From Octopus sinensis (lineage: Eukaryota): a DNA stretch of 64,000 nucleotides. The notes under the pieces are model-generated. The model saw nothing but the letters and a program-made list of their open reading frames with translations. It did no database searches and was not told where the DNA came from. Position numbers and translations under genes: made by a program. The stretch lies in assembly GCF_006345805.1 (NCBI RefSeq), contig NC_043007.1, forward strand, positions 12,834,001 to 12,898,000, given 5' to 3'. The stretch's first letter is position 1. Each line of letters opens with the position of its first letter. This document shows, piece by piece, positions 24,253-37,400 of this stretch.

Positions 24253-24625
24253 GGAGGCGCAATGGCCCAGTGGTTAGGGCAGCGGACTCGCGGTCGTAGG
24301 ATCGCGGTTTCGATTCCCAGACCGGGCGTTGTGAGTGTTTATTGAGCGAAAACACCTAAAGCTCCACGAGGCTCCGGCAGGGGGCGGTGGTGATCCCTGC
24401 TGTACTCTTTCACCACAACGTTCTCTCACTCTTACTTCCTGTTTCTGTTGTACCTGTATTTCAAAGGACCGGCCTTGTCACTCTCTGTGTCACGCTGAAT
24501 ATCCCCGAGAACTACGTTAAGGGTGCACGTGTCTGTGGAGTGCTCAGCCACTTACACGTTAATTTCACGAGCAGGCTGTTCCGTTGATCGGGTCAACCGG
24601 AACCCTCATCGTCGCAACCGACGGA
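24253..24625 (+). mobile_element. tRNA-derived SINE (family 'D')
   Basis: GGAGGCGCAATGGCCCAGTGGTTAGGGC (A box)...GGTTTCGATTCCC (B box); reverse copy at 52365-52668. Confidence 0.8.
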
Positions 24626-24771
24626 GTGCTTCCATCACTGTGCGTGTATGTATTCATGTATGTGTGCGTGTATGTATAGCTACACGTATATACTTCAAGT
24701 TGAGTAAAAAGTTTTTGTTCGGATTTTCTCCGGCAATTTTTGGCAACTTGTATCTCCAAGTTATATTATTA

Positions 24772-25164
24772 ACTAGCAGTATCGCCCGGCGTTGCTCGGG
24801 TTTGTTTCGACCCTTTAGAATTGGAATTTTCGAAAAGTAAAAATTTTGCATTATGTAGCTTGTTATTCTCTATAAGTGAACATTTTTCTGGTTGAAATAC
24901 ACCGAAAAATGGTGACACAGCAGTCAAAAAATCGTAAAAAATAGGGATTTTCATAGAAAAAAAGCACATTTTTATGTAAATAATTTTTGGTGTTAACATG
25001 GCCTGATTTGAATTCTTTCTTCTACGGAAGGAAGAGCAATCCTTCTTCTATCATACTCTCAATTTTGGTCAACTTGCGCTGCAGGGCCTCGGAGGAGATA
25101 GTATTAGTTGAAGGCTACGAAACCTGCCATACACAGATAACTTCAGCTTTATATATAAAGAGAT
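24772..25164 (+). mobile_element. Third Helitron-like element
   Basis: ACTAGCAGTATCGCCCGGCGTTGCTCGGGTTTG start, TTTATATATAAAGAGAT end, different interior. Confidence 0.65.
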
Positions 25165-25269
25165 TTGATACAACTTGTCAAATCGTTGCTGGAATGTTTT
25201 TCCTTTATTTTCATATTTAGTATAAAAACATTTATTGTTTATTCTTTGCTTTACAGCTTTGATGTGTGA

Positions 25270-26464
<1,195 letters not shown>

Positions 26465-26535
26465 CACATACTTAAGGGCTTTAAAAAATTAAAATATATA
26501 GTTTATTGTATTGAACGCTGATAAAGTAATATAAG

Positions 26536-26630
26536 GGCCTGATGATTGGGGCTACATTTTAAGAAGGGTTCCAGGAAAACATGGAGTGGTTTAGGAACCC
26601 GAGGATGTACCTCATGAAACACGTGTTGCC
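26536..26630 (+). ncRNA. Type I hammerhead ribozyme motif
   Basis: GGC-CTGATGA-TTGGGG...CCTCAT-GAAAC ACGT GT T-GCC; palindromic stem III ACACGTGT, followed by AATAAA-rich tail. Confidence 0.6.
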
Positions 26631-26809
26631 AAGTAATAAAACAGTAGGTATTTAAAATAAAAATAAAAATTCTTTTTATATGGTGAGAGGTAGGGGCCTA
26701 CTATCTCTAAATTAAAATATATTTCTTCATTGAGAATAATTTGAACCTCTGTTATGCTGGAATTTTTATTCCCTAAAAATAATTTTATATATATATATGT
26801 ATGTATATA

Positions 26810-27269
26810 TATCTAACTTTCGCATGCTTTTGGATTTATCAACCTGCCCGTCGAGGTAAGGTAATTATAAAATAACGGCAAATATATAACTTTCTTAAAA
26901 TTTAATACATTGTGCATCTTTCACTAATAATGTTTACAAACCAAATTCTCCCGTAACAACAAATTGTTTTGCAACCGTTATAAATGGTGACCCTCGAACA
27001 AGAGCATTGAAACCTTCCTAAGAACCAACCATTACAATATAGGCCGTTACATATATATATGCTCTTGTTCAATGCTCTTGTTCGAGGGTCACCATTTATA
27101 ACGGTAGCAAAACAATTTGTTGTTACGGGAGAATTTGGTTTGTAAACATTATTAGTGAAAGGTGCACAATGTATTAAATTTTAAGAAAGTTATATATTTG
27201 CCGTTATTTTATAATTACCTTACCTCGACGGGCAGGTTGATAAATCCAAAAGCATGCGAAAGTTAGATA
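26810..27269. repeat. Fold-back element with ~200-bp arms (26810-27011 / 27068-27269)
   Basis: Arms are reverse complements with ~2 mismatches; left end abuts (TA)n. Confidence 0.92.
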
Positions 27270-27851
27270 CGGTAGAATGTTTGTTTGGATTCTCTTCAAT
27301 GTTTTAGTAGTAATTGCTGGGAGAGATAGAATGATGTTGTAAGAGAACAGAATTAGAGCTAGAGAGAATTGTAGGGTGTTGTCTCAGAGTTGCTTTCTCT
27401 CTCTGACCAAGGTTGGTCTGCCAGACCTCGTTGAGTTGTCACCGGTTGGTGACTAACTGCGGTTGAATCGTTACCCGGCTGGTGACTAACTGATTTTTGC
27501 TTGGGATGTGCTTGCTTATATTAAGATCCAGAAGGATAGATATATCATAGAAAACAATAGATTTAGTTGGTGGTCTTGTTATCTATTCTAGACTTTGGTG
27601 AAGTAGAAAAGGTTAGAAAGGGTCAAGTGGTGAAGACATTAATTTCGGCCGAATTAAAGGGCATCTGGAAAATGTAAAAACTGCTGTCAGAGAAAAACCA
27701 TTGTTCAACCGTGGGAAAAATTTTGTAGCAGTGTTAGTTTAAATTTGGCTGTAGAGGATCAAATCCACATAATGCATGCAAGATTCGCTACATATACTTG
27801 GAAATGGATGCGTAGCGTTCGATCATATAATAACATAAATAATATATAAAC

Positions 27852-28218
27852 ATGTGGCTGTGTGGTAAGTAGCTTGTTTACCAACCACATGGTTCTGGGT
27901 TCAGTCCCACTGCGTGGCATCTTGGGCAAAGCCTTGTGAGTGGATTTGGTAGACAGAAACTGAAAGAAGCCCGTCGTATATATGTACATATATATGTATG
28001 TCTGTGTGTTTGTGTGTCTGTGTTTGTCCCCCTAGCATTGCTTGACAACCGATGCTGGTGTGTTTATGTCCCCGTCACTTAGCGGTTCGGCAAAAGAGAC
28101 CGATAGAATAAGTACTGGGCTTACAAAAGAATGTCCCGGAACGATTTGCTCGATTAAAGGCGGTGCTCCAGCATGGCCGCAGTCAAATGACTGAAACAAG
28201 TAAAAGAGTAAAAGAGAT
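27852..28218 (+). mobile_element. Family C SINE
   Basis: Full body and GTAAAAGAGTAAAAGAG tail. Confidence 0.85.
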
Positions 28219-28246
28219 ATGAATATATACATATATATATATGTAC

Positions 28247-28352
28247 ATACCTACAGATTCCAACATTCCAGCAATTCCAGACATTCCAGACATTCCACAC
28301 ATTCCAGCGATTCCAGGTATTCCAGACATCCACAAATTCAACACATTCCAGC
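28247..28352 (+). repeat. Degenerate (ACATTCCAG)n cap at the left end of the composite satellite
   Basis: CATTCCAGACATTCCAGACATTCCACACATTCC. Confidence 0.85.
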
Positions 28353-28440
28353 TATTTAAAAATTTTTGGTAAAAAATTTTTTGAAAGTTTTTTTGGAAAT
28401 TTTTGGTCAAAATATTTTTATTATTTTTGGTCAAAACTCT

Positions 28441-31400
28441 TTTTGGGTTGGCTATTTGGGTTTGCTATTTGGCTTGGCTATTTGGATTGGCTATTTGGGT
28501 ATGCTATTTGTGTTGGCTATTTGTGTTAGCTATTTGGGTTGGCAATTTGGGTTTGCTATTTGGCTTGGCAATTTGGCTTGGTAATTTTGGGTTGGCTGTT
28601 TTGGTTTGCAATTTGGCTTTGCTATTTGGGTTTGCTATTTGGGTATGCTATTTGTGTTGGCTATTTGGCTTTGATTTGGCTAGGAAATTTGGCTGGGCAA
28701 TTTGGCTTGGCTATTTGGCTCGGCTATTTGGGTTGGCTATTTGGGTTAGTTATTTGACTAGGTTATTTGGGTTGGCTATTTGGGTTAGCTATTTGAGTTG
28801 GCTATTTGGATTTGCTTTTTGGGTTGGCTAACAGCCAAATAGCCTCGCCAAATAGCTAAGACAAATAGTCACCCCAAAAAGCACACACAAATACCTAACC
28901 TAAATAGCCAAGCCAAATAGTCAAGCCAAAGAGTAAACCCAAATAGCCAACCCAAACAGCCAAACCAAATAGCCGAGCCAAATAGCGAAGACCATACCCA
29001 ACTCAAATAGCAAACCAAATAGCCAACACAAATAGCCTAGCCAAAAAGCAAAGCCAAATAGCCAGACCAAATAGGCAAGCCAAATAGCCAACCCAAATAG
29101 CAAACACAAATAGCCAACCCAAATAGCCAACCCAAATAGCAAACCCAAATAGCAAACCCAAATAGCCAACACAAATAGCCGAGCTGAATAGCCAAGCCAA
29201 ATAGCAAACACTAATAGCAAACCCAAATAGCCAAGCCAAATAGCAAACACAAATAGCCAACCCAAATAGCCTAGCCAAATAGCCAACGCAAAAAGCAAAT
29301 CCAAATAGCCAACTCAAATAGCCAACGCAAAAAGCAAATCCAAATAGCCAACTCAAATAGCCAACCCAAATAGCCGACCCAAATAGCTATGCCAAATAGC
29401 CAAGCCAAATAGCCAAGCCAAATTTCCTAGCCAAATCCTAAGCCAAATAACCAACACAAATAGCATACTCAAATAGCCAACCAAAATAGCCAAACCAAAT
29501 AGCAAACCAAAATAGCCAACCCAAATAGCTAACCCAAATAGTCAAGCCAAATAGCTAACCCGAATAGCCAACACAAATAGCCAACCCAAATAGCCTAGCC
29601 AAATAGCCAAGCCAACTATCCAACCCAAATAGGAAACACAAATAGCCAACCCAAATAGCAAACACAAATAGCCAACCCAAATAGCCAAGCCAAATGACCA
29701 AGCCAAATAGCCTAGCCAAAAGCAAAGCCAAAAGCAAATAGCCAAATAGCCAACCCAAATAGGAAGCCTAAATAGCCAAACCAAATAGCCAACCCAAATA
29801 GCAAACCCAAATAGCCACACCAAATAGTCAAGCCAAAAAGCAAACCCAAATAGCCAACCCAAACAGCCAACCCTAATAGCCAAGTCAAATAGCCTAGCCA
29901 AATGCTTAGCCAAATAGCCAACACAAATAGCATAACCAAATAGCCAACACAAATAGCCAAGCCAAATAGCAAACCAAAATAGCAAACCAAAATCGCCAAC
30001 CCAAAGAGCCAAGCCAAATTGCCAAGTCAAATAGCAAACCCAAAAAGCCAATTCAAATAGCCAACACAAATAGCCGAGCCGAATAGCCAAGCCAAATAGC
30101 AAACACTAATAGCAAACCCAAATAGCCAAGCCAAATAGCAAACCAAAATACCCAACCCAAACAGCAAACACAAATAGCCAACCCAAATAGCCTAGCCAAA
30201 TAGCCAACGCAAAAAGTAAATCCAAATAGCCAACTCAAATAGCTAACCCAAATAGCTAACCCGAATAGCCAACCCAAATAGCCGACCCAAATAGCCATGC
30301 CAAATAGCCAACCATAATAGCCAAGTCAAATAGCCTAGCCAAATGCTTAGCCCGAATAGCCAACACAAATAGCCAACCCAAATAGCCAAGCCAAATAGCA
30401 AACCAAAATAGCTAACCTAAATAGCATACTTAAATAAGCCAAGCCAAATTGCCAATTCAAATAGCAAACCCAAAAAGCCAATCCAAATAGCCAACTCAAA
30501 TAGCTAAACTAAATAGCCAACCCAAAGTTGGCTATTTGAGCTCGACAACCCAAATAGGCAAGCCAAATCGCCAAGCCAAATAGCCAACCGAAATAGCAAA
30601 CCCAAATAGCCAACCGAAATAGCAAAGCCAAATAGCCAACTCAAATAGCAAACCCAAGTAGCCAATCCAAAGAGCCAAGCCAAATAGCCAAACAAAATAG
30701 CCTAGCCACATAGCCAAGCCAAATAGCCAACTCAAATATGGCATGGCTATTTGGGTTTGCTATTTGGCTTGGCATTTTGGATTGGATATTTGGGTATGCT
30801 ATTTGTGTTGGCTATTTGTCTTAGCTATTTGGCTAGGCTATTTGTCTTGGATATGTGGCTTGGCTATTTGGGGTTGGCTATTTGTGTTTGCTATTTGGGT
30901 TGGCAATTTGGGTTTGCTATGTGGCTTGGCAATTTGGCTTGGCTATTTGGGTTGGCTATTTTGGTTCGCTATTTGGCTTGGCTGTTTGTGTTGGCTATTT
31001 GAGTACGCTATTTGTGTTGGCTATTTGGCTAGGAAATTTGGCTTGGCTATTTGGCATGGCTATTTGGGTGTGCTATTCGGGTTGGCTATTCGGGTTAGCT
31101 ATTTGGCTTAACTATTTGGCTATTTGCTATTTGGCTTGGCTTTTTGGCTAGGCTATTTGGCTTGGTCATTTGGCTTGGCTATTTGGGTTAGCTATTTGAG
31201 TTGGCTATTTGGATTTGCTATTTGGGTTGGCTATTTGGCTAGGTTATTTGGGTTGGCTATTTGTGTTTGCTGTTTGGTTTGGCTGTTTTGGTTTGCTATT
31301 TGGCTTGGCTATTTGGCTTGACTATTTATGTTTGCTATTTATGTTTGCTATTTGGGTTGGCTATTTGGCTTGCCTATTTGGCTTGCCTATTTGGCTTTGC

Positions 31401-34400
31401 TATTTGGCTAGGCTATTTGTGTTGGCTATTTGGGTTTGCTATTTGAATTGGCTATTTGGCTTGGCTATTTGGCTTGGCTATTTGGTTTGGCTATTTGGGT
31501 TGGCTATTGGGGTTGGCTATTTGGCTTTGCTATTTCGGTTGGCTATTTCGGTTGGCTATTTGGCATGGTTATTTGGCTTGCCTATTTGGGTTGTTTAGCT
31601 CAAATAGCCAACTTTGGGTTGGCTATTTGGGTTAGCTAATTAGGTTGGCTATTTGGTTTCCTTTTTGGCTTGACTATTTGGCTTGGCTATTTTTGGATTT
31701 GCTATTTTGCTTGGCTATTTGGCTTGGTTTTTGGCTAGGCTATTTGGCTTGGTCATTTGGCTTGGCTATTGGGGTTGGCTTTTTGTGTTTGCTATTTGGG
31801 TTGGCTATTTGTGTTTCCTATTTGGGTTGGATAGTTGGCTTGGCTATTTGTGTAAGCTATTTCGATTGGCTATTTGGGTTTGCTATTTGGCTTGGCAATT
31901 TGGATTGGCTATTTGGGTTGGCTATATTGGTTTGGTTTTTGGCTTGGCTTATTTAAGTATGCTATTTAGGTTGGTTATTTTGGTTTGCTCTTTGGTTTGG
32001 CTATATGGTTATGCTATTTGTGTTGGCTATTTGGCTAAGCATTTGGCTAGGCCATTTGGCTTGGCTATTTGGCTTGGCTATTTTGGATATCTATTTGGGT
32101 TGGCTATTTGGGTTGGCTATTTGGGTTGGCAATTTGGCTTGGCTTTTTGGGTTGGCTATTTGGGTATGCTATTTGTATTGGCTAATTGGCTTAGCTTTTT
32201 GGCTTGGCTATTTTTATTGACTATTTGGGTTGCCTATTTGGCTTGGCTATTTCGGTTGGCTGTTTGGGTTGGCTTTTTGGATTGGCTTTTTGGGTTGGCT
32301 ATTTGTGTTGGCTATTTGACTTAGCTATTTGGCTAGGCTATTTGGCTTGGCTATTTGGGTTGGCTATTTGGGTTGGTTATTTGGGTTTGCTCTTTGGCTT
32401 GGCAATTTGGCTTGGCTATTTGGGTTGGCTGTTTTGGTTTGCTCTTTGGCTTTGCTATTTGGGTTTGCTATTTGGGTATGCTATTTGTGTTGGCTATTTG
32501 GCTTGGCATTTGGCTAGGAAATTTGGCTGGGCAATTTGGCTTGGCTATTTGGCCGGCTATTTGCTTGGGTATTTGGGTTGGCTATTTGGGTTAGCTATTT
32601 GGCTTGGCTATTTCGGTTGACTATTTGGCTTAGCTATTTGACTAGGTTTTTGGGTTGGCTATTTGGGTTAACTATTTGAGTTGGCTATTTGGATTTGCTT
32701 TTTGGGTTGGCTAACAGCCAAATAGCCTCGCCAAATAGCTAAGACAAATAGTCACCCCAAAAAGCACACACAAATACCTAACCTAAATAGCCAAGCCAAA
32801 TAGTCAAGCCAAAGAGTAAACCCAAATAGCCAACCCAAACAGCCAAACCAAATAGCCGAGCCAAATAGCGAAGCCAAATACCCAACTCAAATAGCAAACC
32901 CAAATAGCCAACACAAATAGCCTAGCCAAAAAGCAAAGCCAAATAGCCAGACCAAATAGGCAAGCCAAATAGCCAACCCAAATAGCAAACACAAATAGCC
33001 AACCCAAATAGCCAACCCAAATAGCAAACCCAAATAGCAAACCCAAATAGCCAACACAAATAGCCGAGCTGAATAGCCAAGCCAAATAGCAAACACTAAT
33101 AGCAAACCCAAATAGCCAAGCCAAATAGCAAACACAAATAGCCAACCCAAATAGCCTAGCCAAATAGCCAACGCAAAAAGCAAATCCAAATAGCCAACTC
33201 AAATAGCCAACGCAAAAAGCAAATCCAAATAGCCAACTCAAATAGCCAACCCAAATAGCCGACCCAAATAGCTGTGCCAAATAGCCAAGCCAAATAGCCA
33301 AGCCAAATAGCCAAGCCAAATTTCCTAGCCAAATCCTAAGCCAAATAACCAACACAAATAGCATACTCAAATAGCCAACCAAAATAGCCAAACCAAATAG
33401 CAAACCAAAATAGCCAACCCAAATAGCTAACCCAAATAGTCAAGCCAAATAGCTAACCCAAATAGCCAACACAAATAGCCAACACAAATAGCCAACCCAA
33501 ATAGCCTAGCCAAATAGCCAAGCCAACTATCCAACCCAAATAGGAAACACAAATAGCCAACCCAAATAGCAAACACAAATAGCCAACCCAAATAGCCAAG
33601 CCAAATGACCAAGCCAAATGACCAAGCCAAATAGCCTAGCCAAAAACAAAGCCAAAAGCAAATAGCCAAATAGCCAACCCAAATAGGAAGCCTAAATAGC
33701 CAAACCAAATAGCCAACCCAAATAGCAAACACAAATAGCCACACCAAATAGTCAAGCCAAAAAGCAAACCCAAATAGCCAACCCAAGCAGCCAACCCTAA
33801 TAGCCAAGTCAAATAGCCTAGCCAAATGCTTAGCCAAATAGCCAACACAAATAGCATAACCAAATAGCCAACACAAATAGCCAAGCCAAATAGCAAACCA
33901 AAATAGCAAACCAAAATCGCCAACCCAAAGAGCCAAGCCAAATTGCCAAGTCAAATAGCAAACCCAAAAAGCCAATTCAAATAGCCAACACAAATAGCCG
34001 AGCCGAATAGCCAAGCCAAATAGCAAACACTAATAGTAAACCCAAATAGCCAAGCCAAATAGCAAACCAAAATACCCAACCCAACAGCAAAACAAAATAG
34101 CCAACCCAAATAGCCTAGCCAAATAGCCAACGCAAAAAGTAAATCCAAATAGCCAACTCAAATAGCTAACCCAAATAGCTAACCCGAATAGCCAACCCAA
34201 ATAGCCGACCCAAATAGCCATGCCAAATAGCCAACCATAATAGCCAAGCCAAATAGCCTAGCCAAATGCTTAGCCCGAATAGCCAACACAAATAGCCAAC
34301 CCAAATAGCCAAGCCAAATAGCAAACCAAAATAGCTAACCTAAATAGCATACTTAAATAAGCCAAGCCAAATTGCCAAGTCAAATAGCAAACCCAAAAAG

Positions 34401-37400
34401 CCAATCCAAATAGCCAACTCAAATAGCTAACCTAAATAGCCAACCCAAAGTTGGCTATTTGAGCTAGACAACCCAAATAGGCAAGCCAAATCGCCAAGCC
34501 AAATAGCCAACCGAAATAGCAAACCCAAATAGCCAACCGAAATAGCAAAGCCAAATAGCCAACTCAAATAGCAAACCCAAGTAGCCAATCCAAAGAGCCA
34601 AGCCAAATAGCCAAACAAAATAGCCTAGCCACATAGCCAAGCCAAATAGCCAACTCAAATATGGCATAGCTATTTGGGTTTGCTATTTGGCTTGGCATTT
34701 TGGATTGGATATTTGGGTATGCTATTTGTGTTGGCTATTTGTCTTAGCTATTTGGCTAGGCTATTTGTCTTGGATATGTGGCTTGGCTATTTGGGTTGGC
34801 TATTTGTGTTTGCTATTTGGGGTTGGCAATTTGGGTTTGCTATGTGGCTTGGCAATTTGGCTTGGCTATTTGGGTTGGCTATTTTGGTTCGCTATTTTGC
34901 TTGGCTATTTGAGTACGCTATTTGTGTTGGCTATTTGGCTAGGAAATTTGGCTTGGCTATTTGGCATGGCTATTTGGGTGTGCTATTTGGGTTGGCTATT
35001 CGGGTTAGCTATTTGGCTTAACTATTTGGCTATTTGCTATTTGGCTTGGCTTTTTGGCTAGGCTATATGGCTTGGTCATTTGGCTTGGCTATTTGGGTTA
35101 GCTATTTGAGTTGGCTATTTGGATTTGCTATTTGGGTTGGCTATTTGGCTAGGTTATTTGGGTTGGCTATTTGTGTTTGCTGTTTGGGTTGGCTGTTTTG
35201 GTTTGCTATTTGGCTTGGCTATTTGGCTTGGCTATTTCGGTTGACTATTTATGTTTGCTATTTGGGTTGGCTATTTGGCTTGCCTATTTGGTTTGGCTAT
35301 TTGGCTTGCCTATTTGGCTTGCCTATTTGGCTTTGCTATTTGGCTAGGCTATTTGTGTTGGCTATTTGGGTTTGCTATTTGAGTTGGCTATTTGGCTTGG
35401 CTATTTGGCTAGGCTATTTGGTTTGGCTATTTGGGTTGGCTATTGGGGTTGGCTATTTGGCTTTGCTATTTCGGTTGGCTATTTGGCATGGCGATTTGGC
35501 TTGCCTATTTGGGTTGTCTAGCTCAAATAGCCAACTTTGGGTTGGCTTTTTGGGTTAGCTAATTAGGTTGGCTATTTGGTTTCCTTTTTGGCTTGACTAT
35601 TTGGCTTGGCTATTTTTGGATTTGCTATTTTGCTTGGCTATTTGGCTTGGTTTTTGGCTAGGCTATTTGGCTTGGTCATTTGGCTTGGCTATTTGGGTTG
35701 GCTTTTTGTGTTTGCTATTTGGGTATGCTATTTGTGTTGGCTATTTGGCTTGGCATTTGGCTAGGAAATTTGGCTGGGCAATTTGGCTTGGCTATTTGGC
35801 CCGGCTATTTGGCTTGGGTATTTGGGTTGGCTATTTGGGTTAGCTATTTGGCTTGGCTATTTCGGTTGACTATTTGGCTTAGCTATTTGACTAGGTTATT
35901 TGGGTTGGCTATTTGGGTTAACTATTTGAGTTGGCTATTTGGATTTGCTTTTTGGGTTGGCTAACAGCCAAATAGCCTCGCCAAATAGCTAAGACAAATA
36001 GTCACCCCAAAAAGCACACACAAATACCTAACCTAAATAGCCAAGCCAAATAGTCAAGCCAAAGAGTAAACCCAAATAGCCAACCCAAACAGCCAAACCA
36101 AATAGCCGAGCCAAATAGGAAATACCCAACTCAAATAGCAAACCCAAATAGCCAACACAAATAGCCTAGCCAAAAAGCAAAGCCAAATAGCCAGACCAAA
36201 TAGGCAAGCCAAATAGCCAACCCAATAGCAAACACAATAGCCAACCCAAATAGCCAACCCAAATAGCAAACCCAAATAGCAACCCAAATAGCCAACACAA
36301 ATAGCCGAGCTGAATAGCCAAGCCAAATAGCAAACACTAATAGCAACCCAATAGCCAAGCCAAATAGCAAACACAAATAGCCAACCCAAATAGCCTAGCC
36401 AAATAGCCAACGCAAAAAGCAATCCAAATAGCCAACTCAAATAGCCAACGCAAAAAGCAAATCCAAATAGCCAACTCAAATAGCCAACCCAAATAGCCGA
36501 CCCAAATAGCTGTGCCAAATAGCCAAGCCAAATAGCCAAGCCAAATTTCCTAGCCAAATCCTAAGCCAATAACCAACACAAATAGCATACTCAAATAGCC
36601 AACCAAAATAGCCAAACAAATAGCAAACCAAAATAGCCAACCCAAATAGCTAACCCAAATAGTCAAGCCAAATAGCTAACCCAATAGCCAACACAAATAG
36701 CAACACAAAAATAGCCAACCCAAATAGCCTAGCCAAATAGCCAAGCCAACTATCCAACCCAAAGGAAACACAAAGCCAACCCAAATAGCAAACACAATAG
36801 CCAACCCAAATAGCCAAGCCAAATGACCAAGCCAAATAGCCTAGCCAAAAACAAAGCCAAAAGCAAATAGCCAAATAGCCAACCCAAATAGGAAGCCTAA
36901 ATAGCCAAACCAAATAGCCAACCCAAATAGCAAACCCAAATAGCCACACCCAATAGTCAAGCCAAAAAGCAAACCCAAATAGCCAACCCAAGCAGCCAAC
37001 CCTAATAGCCAAGTCAAATAGCCTAGCCAATGCTTAGCCAAATAGCCAACACAAATAGCATAACCAAATAGCCACACAAATAGCCAAGCCAAAGGCAAAC
37101 CAAAATAGCAAACCAAAATCGCCAACCCAAAGAGCCAAGCCAAATTGCCAAGTCAAATAGCAAACCCAAAAAGCCAATTCAAATAGCCAACACAAATAGC
37201 CGAGCCGAATAGCCAAGCCAAATAGCAACACTAATAGTAAACCCAAATAGCCAAGCCAAATAGCAAACCAATAGCCAACCCAACAGCAAACACAAATAGC
37301 CAACCCAAATAGCCTAGCCAAATAGCCAACGCAAAAAGTAAATCCAAATAGCCAACTCAAATAGCTAACCCAAATAGCTAACCCGAATAGCCAACCCAAA

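Noticed and set aside
24253-24330. tRNA gene
   Set aside because: A and B boxes continue directly into a SINE body that recurs at 52365-52668; no acceptor stem closure.
27290-27720. LTR-like segment with a TATA box on the minus strand
   Set aside because: No TG...CA termini, TSD or partner could be identified.
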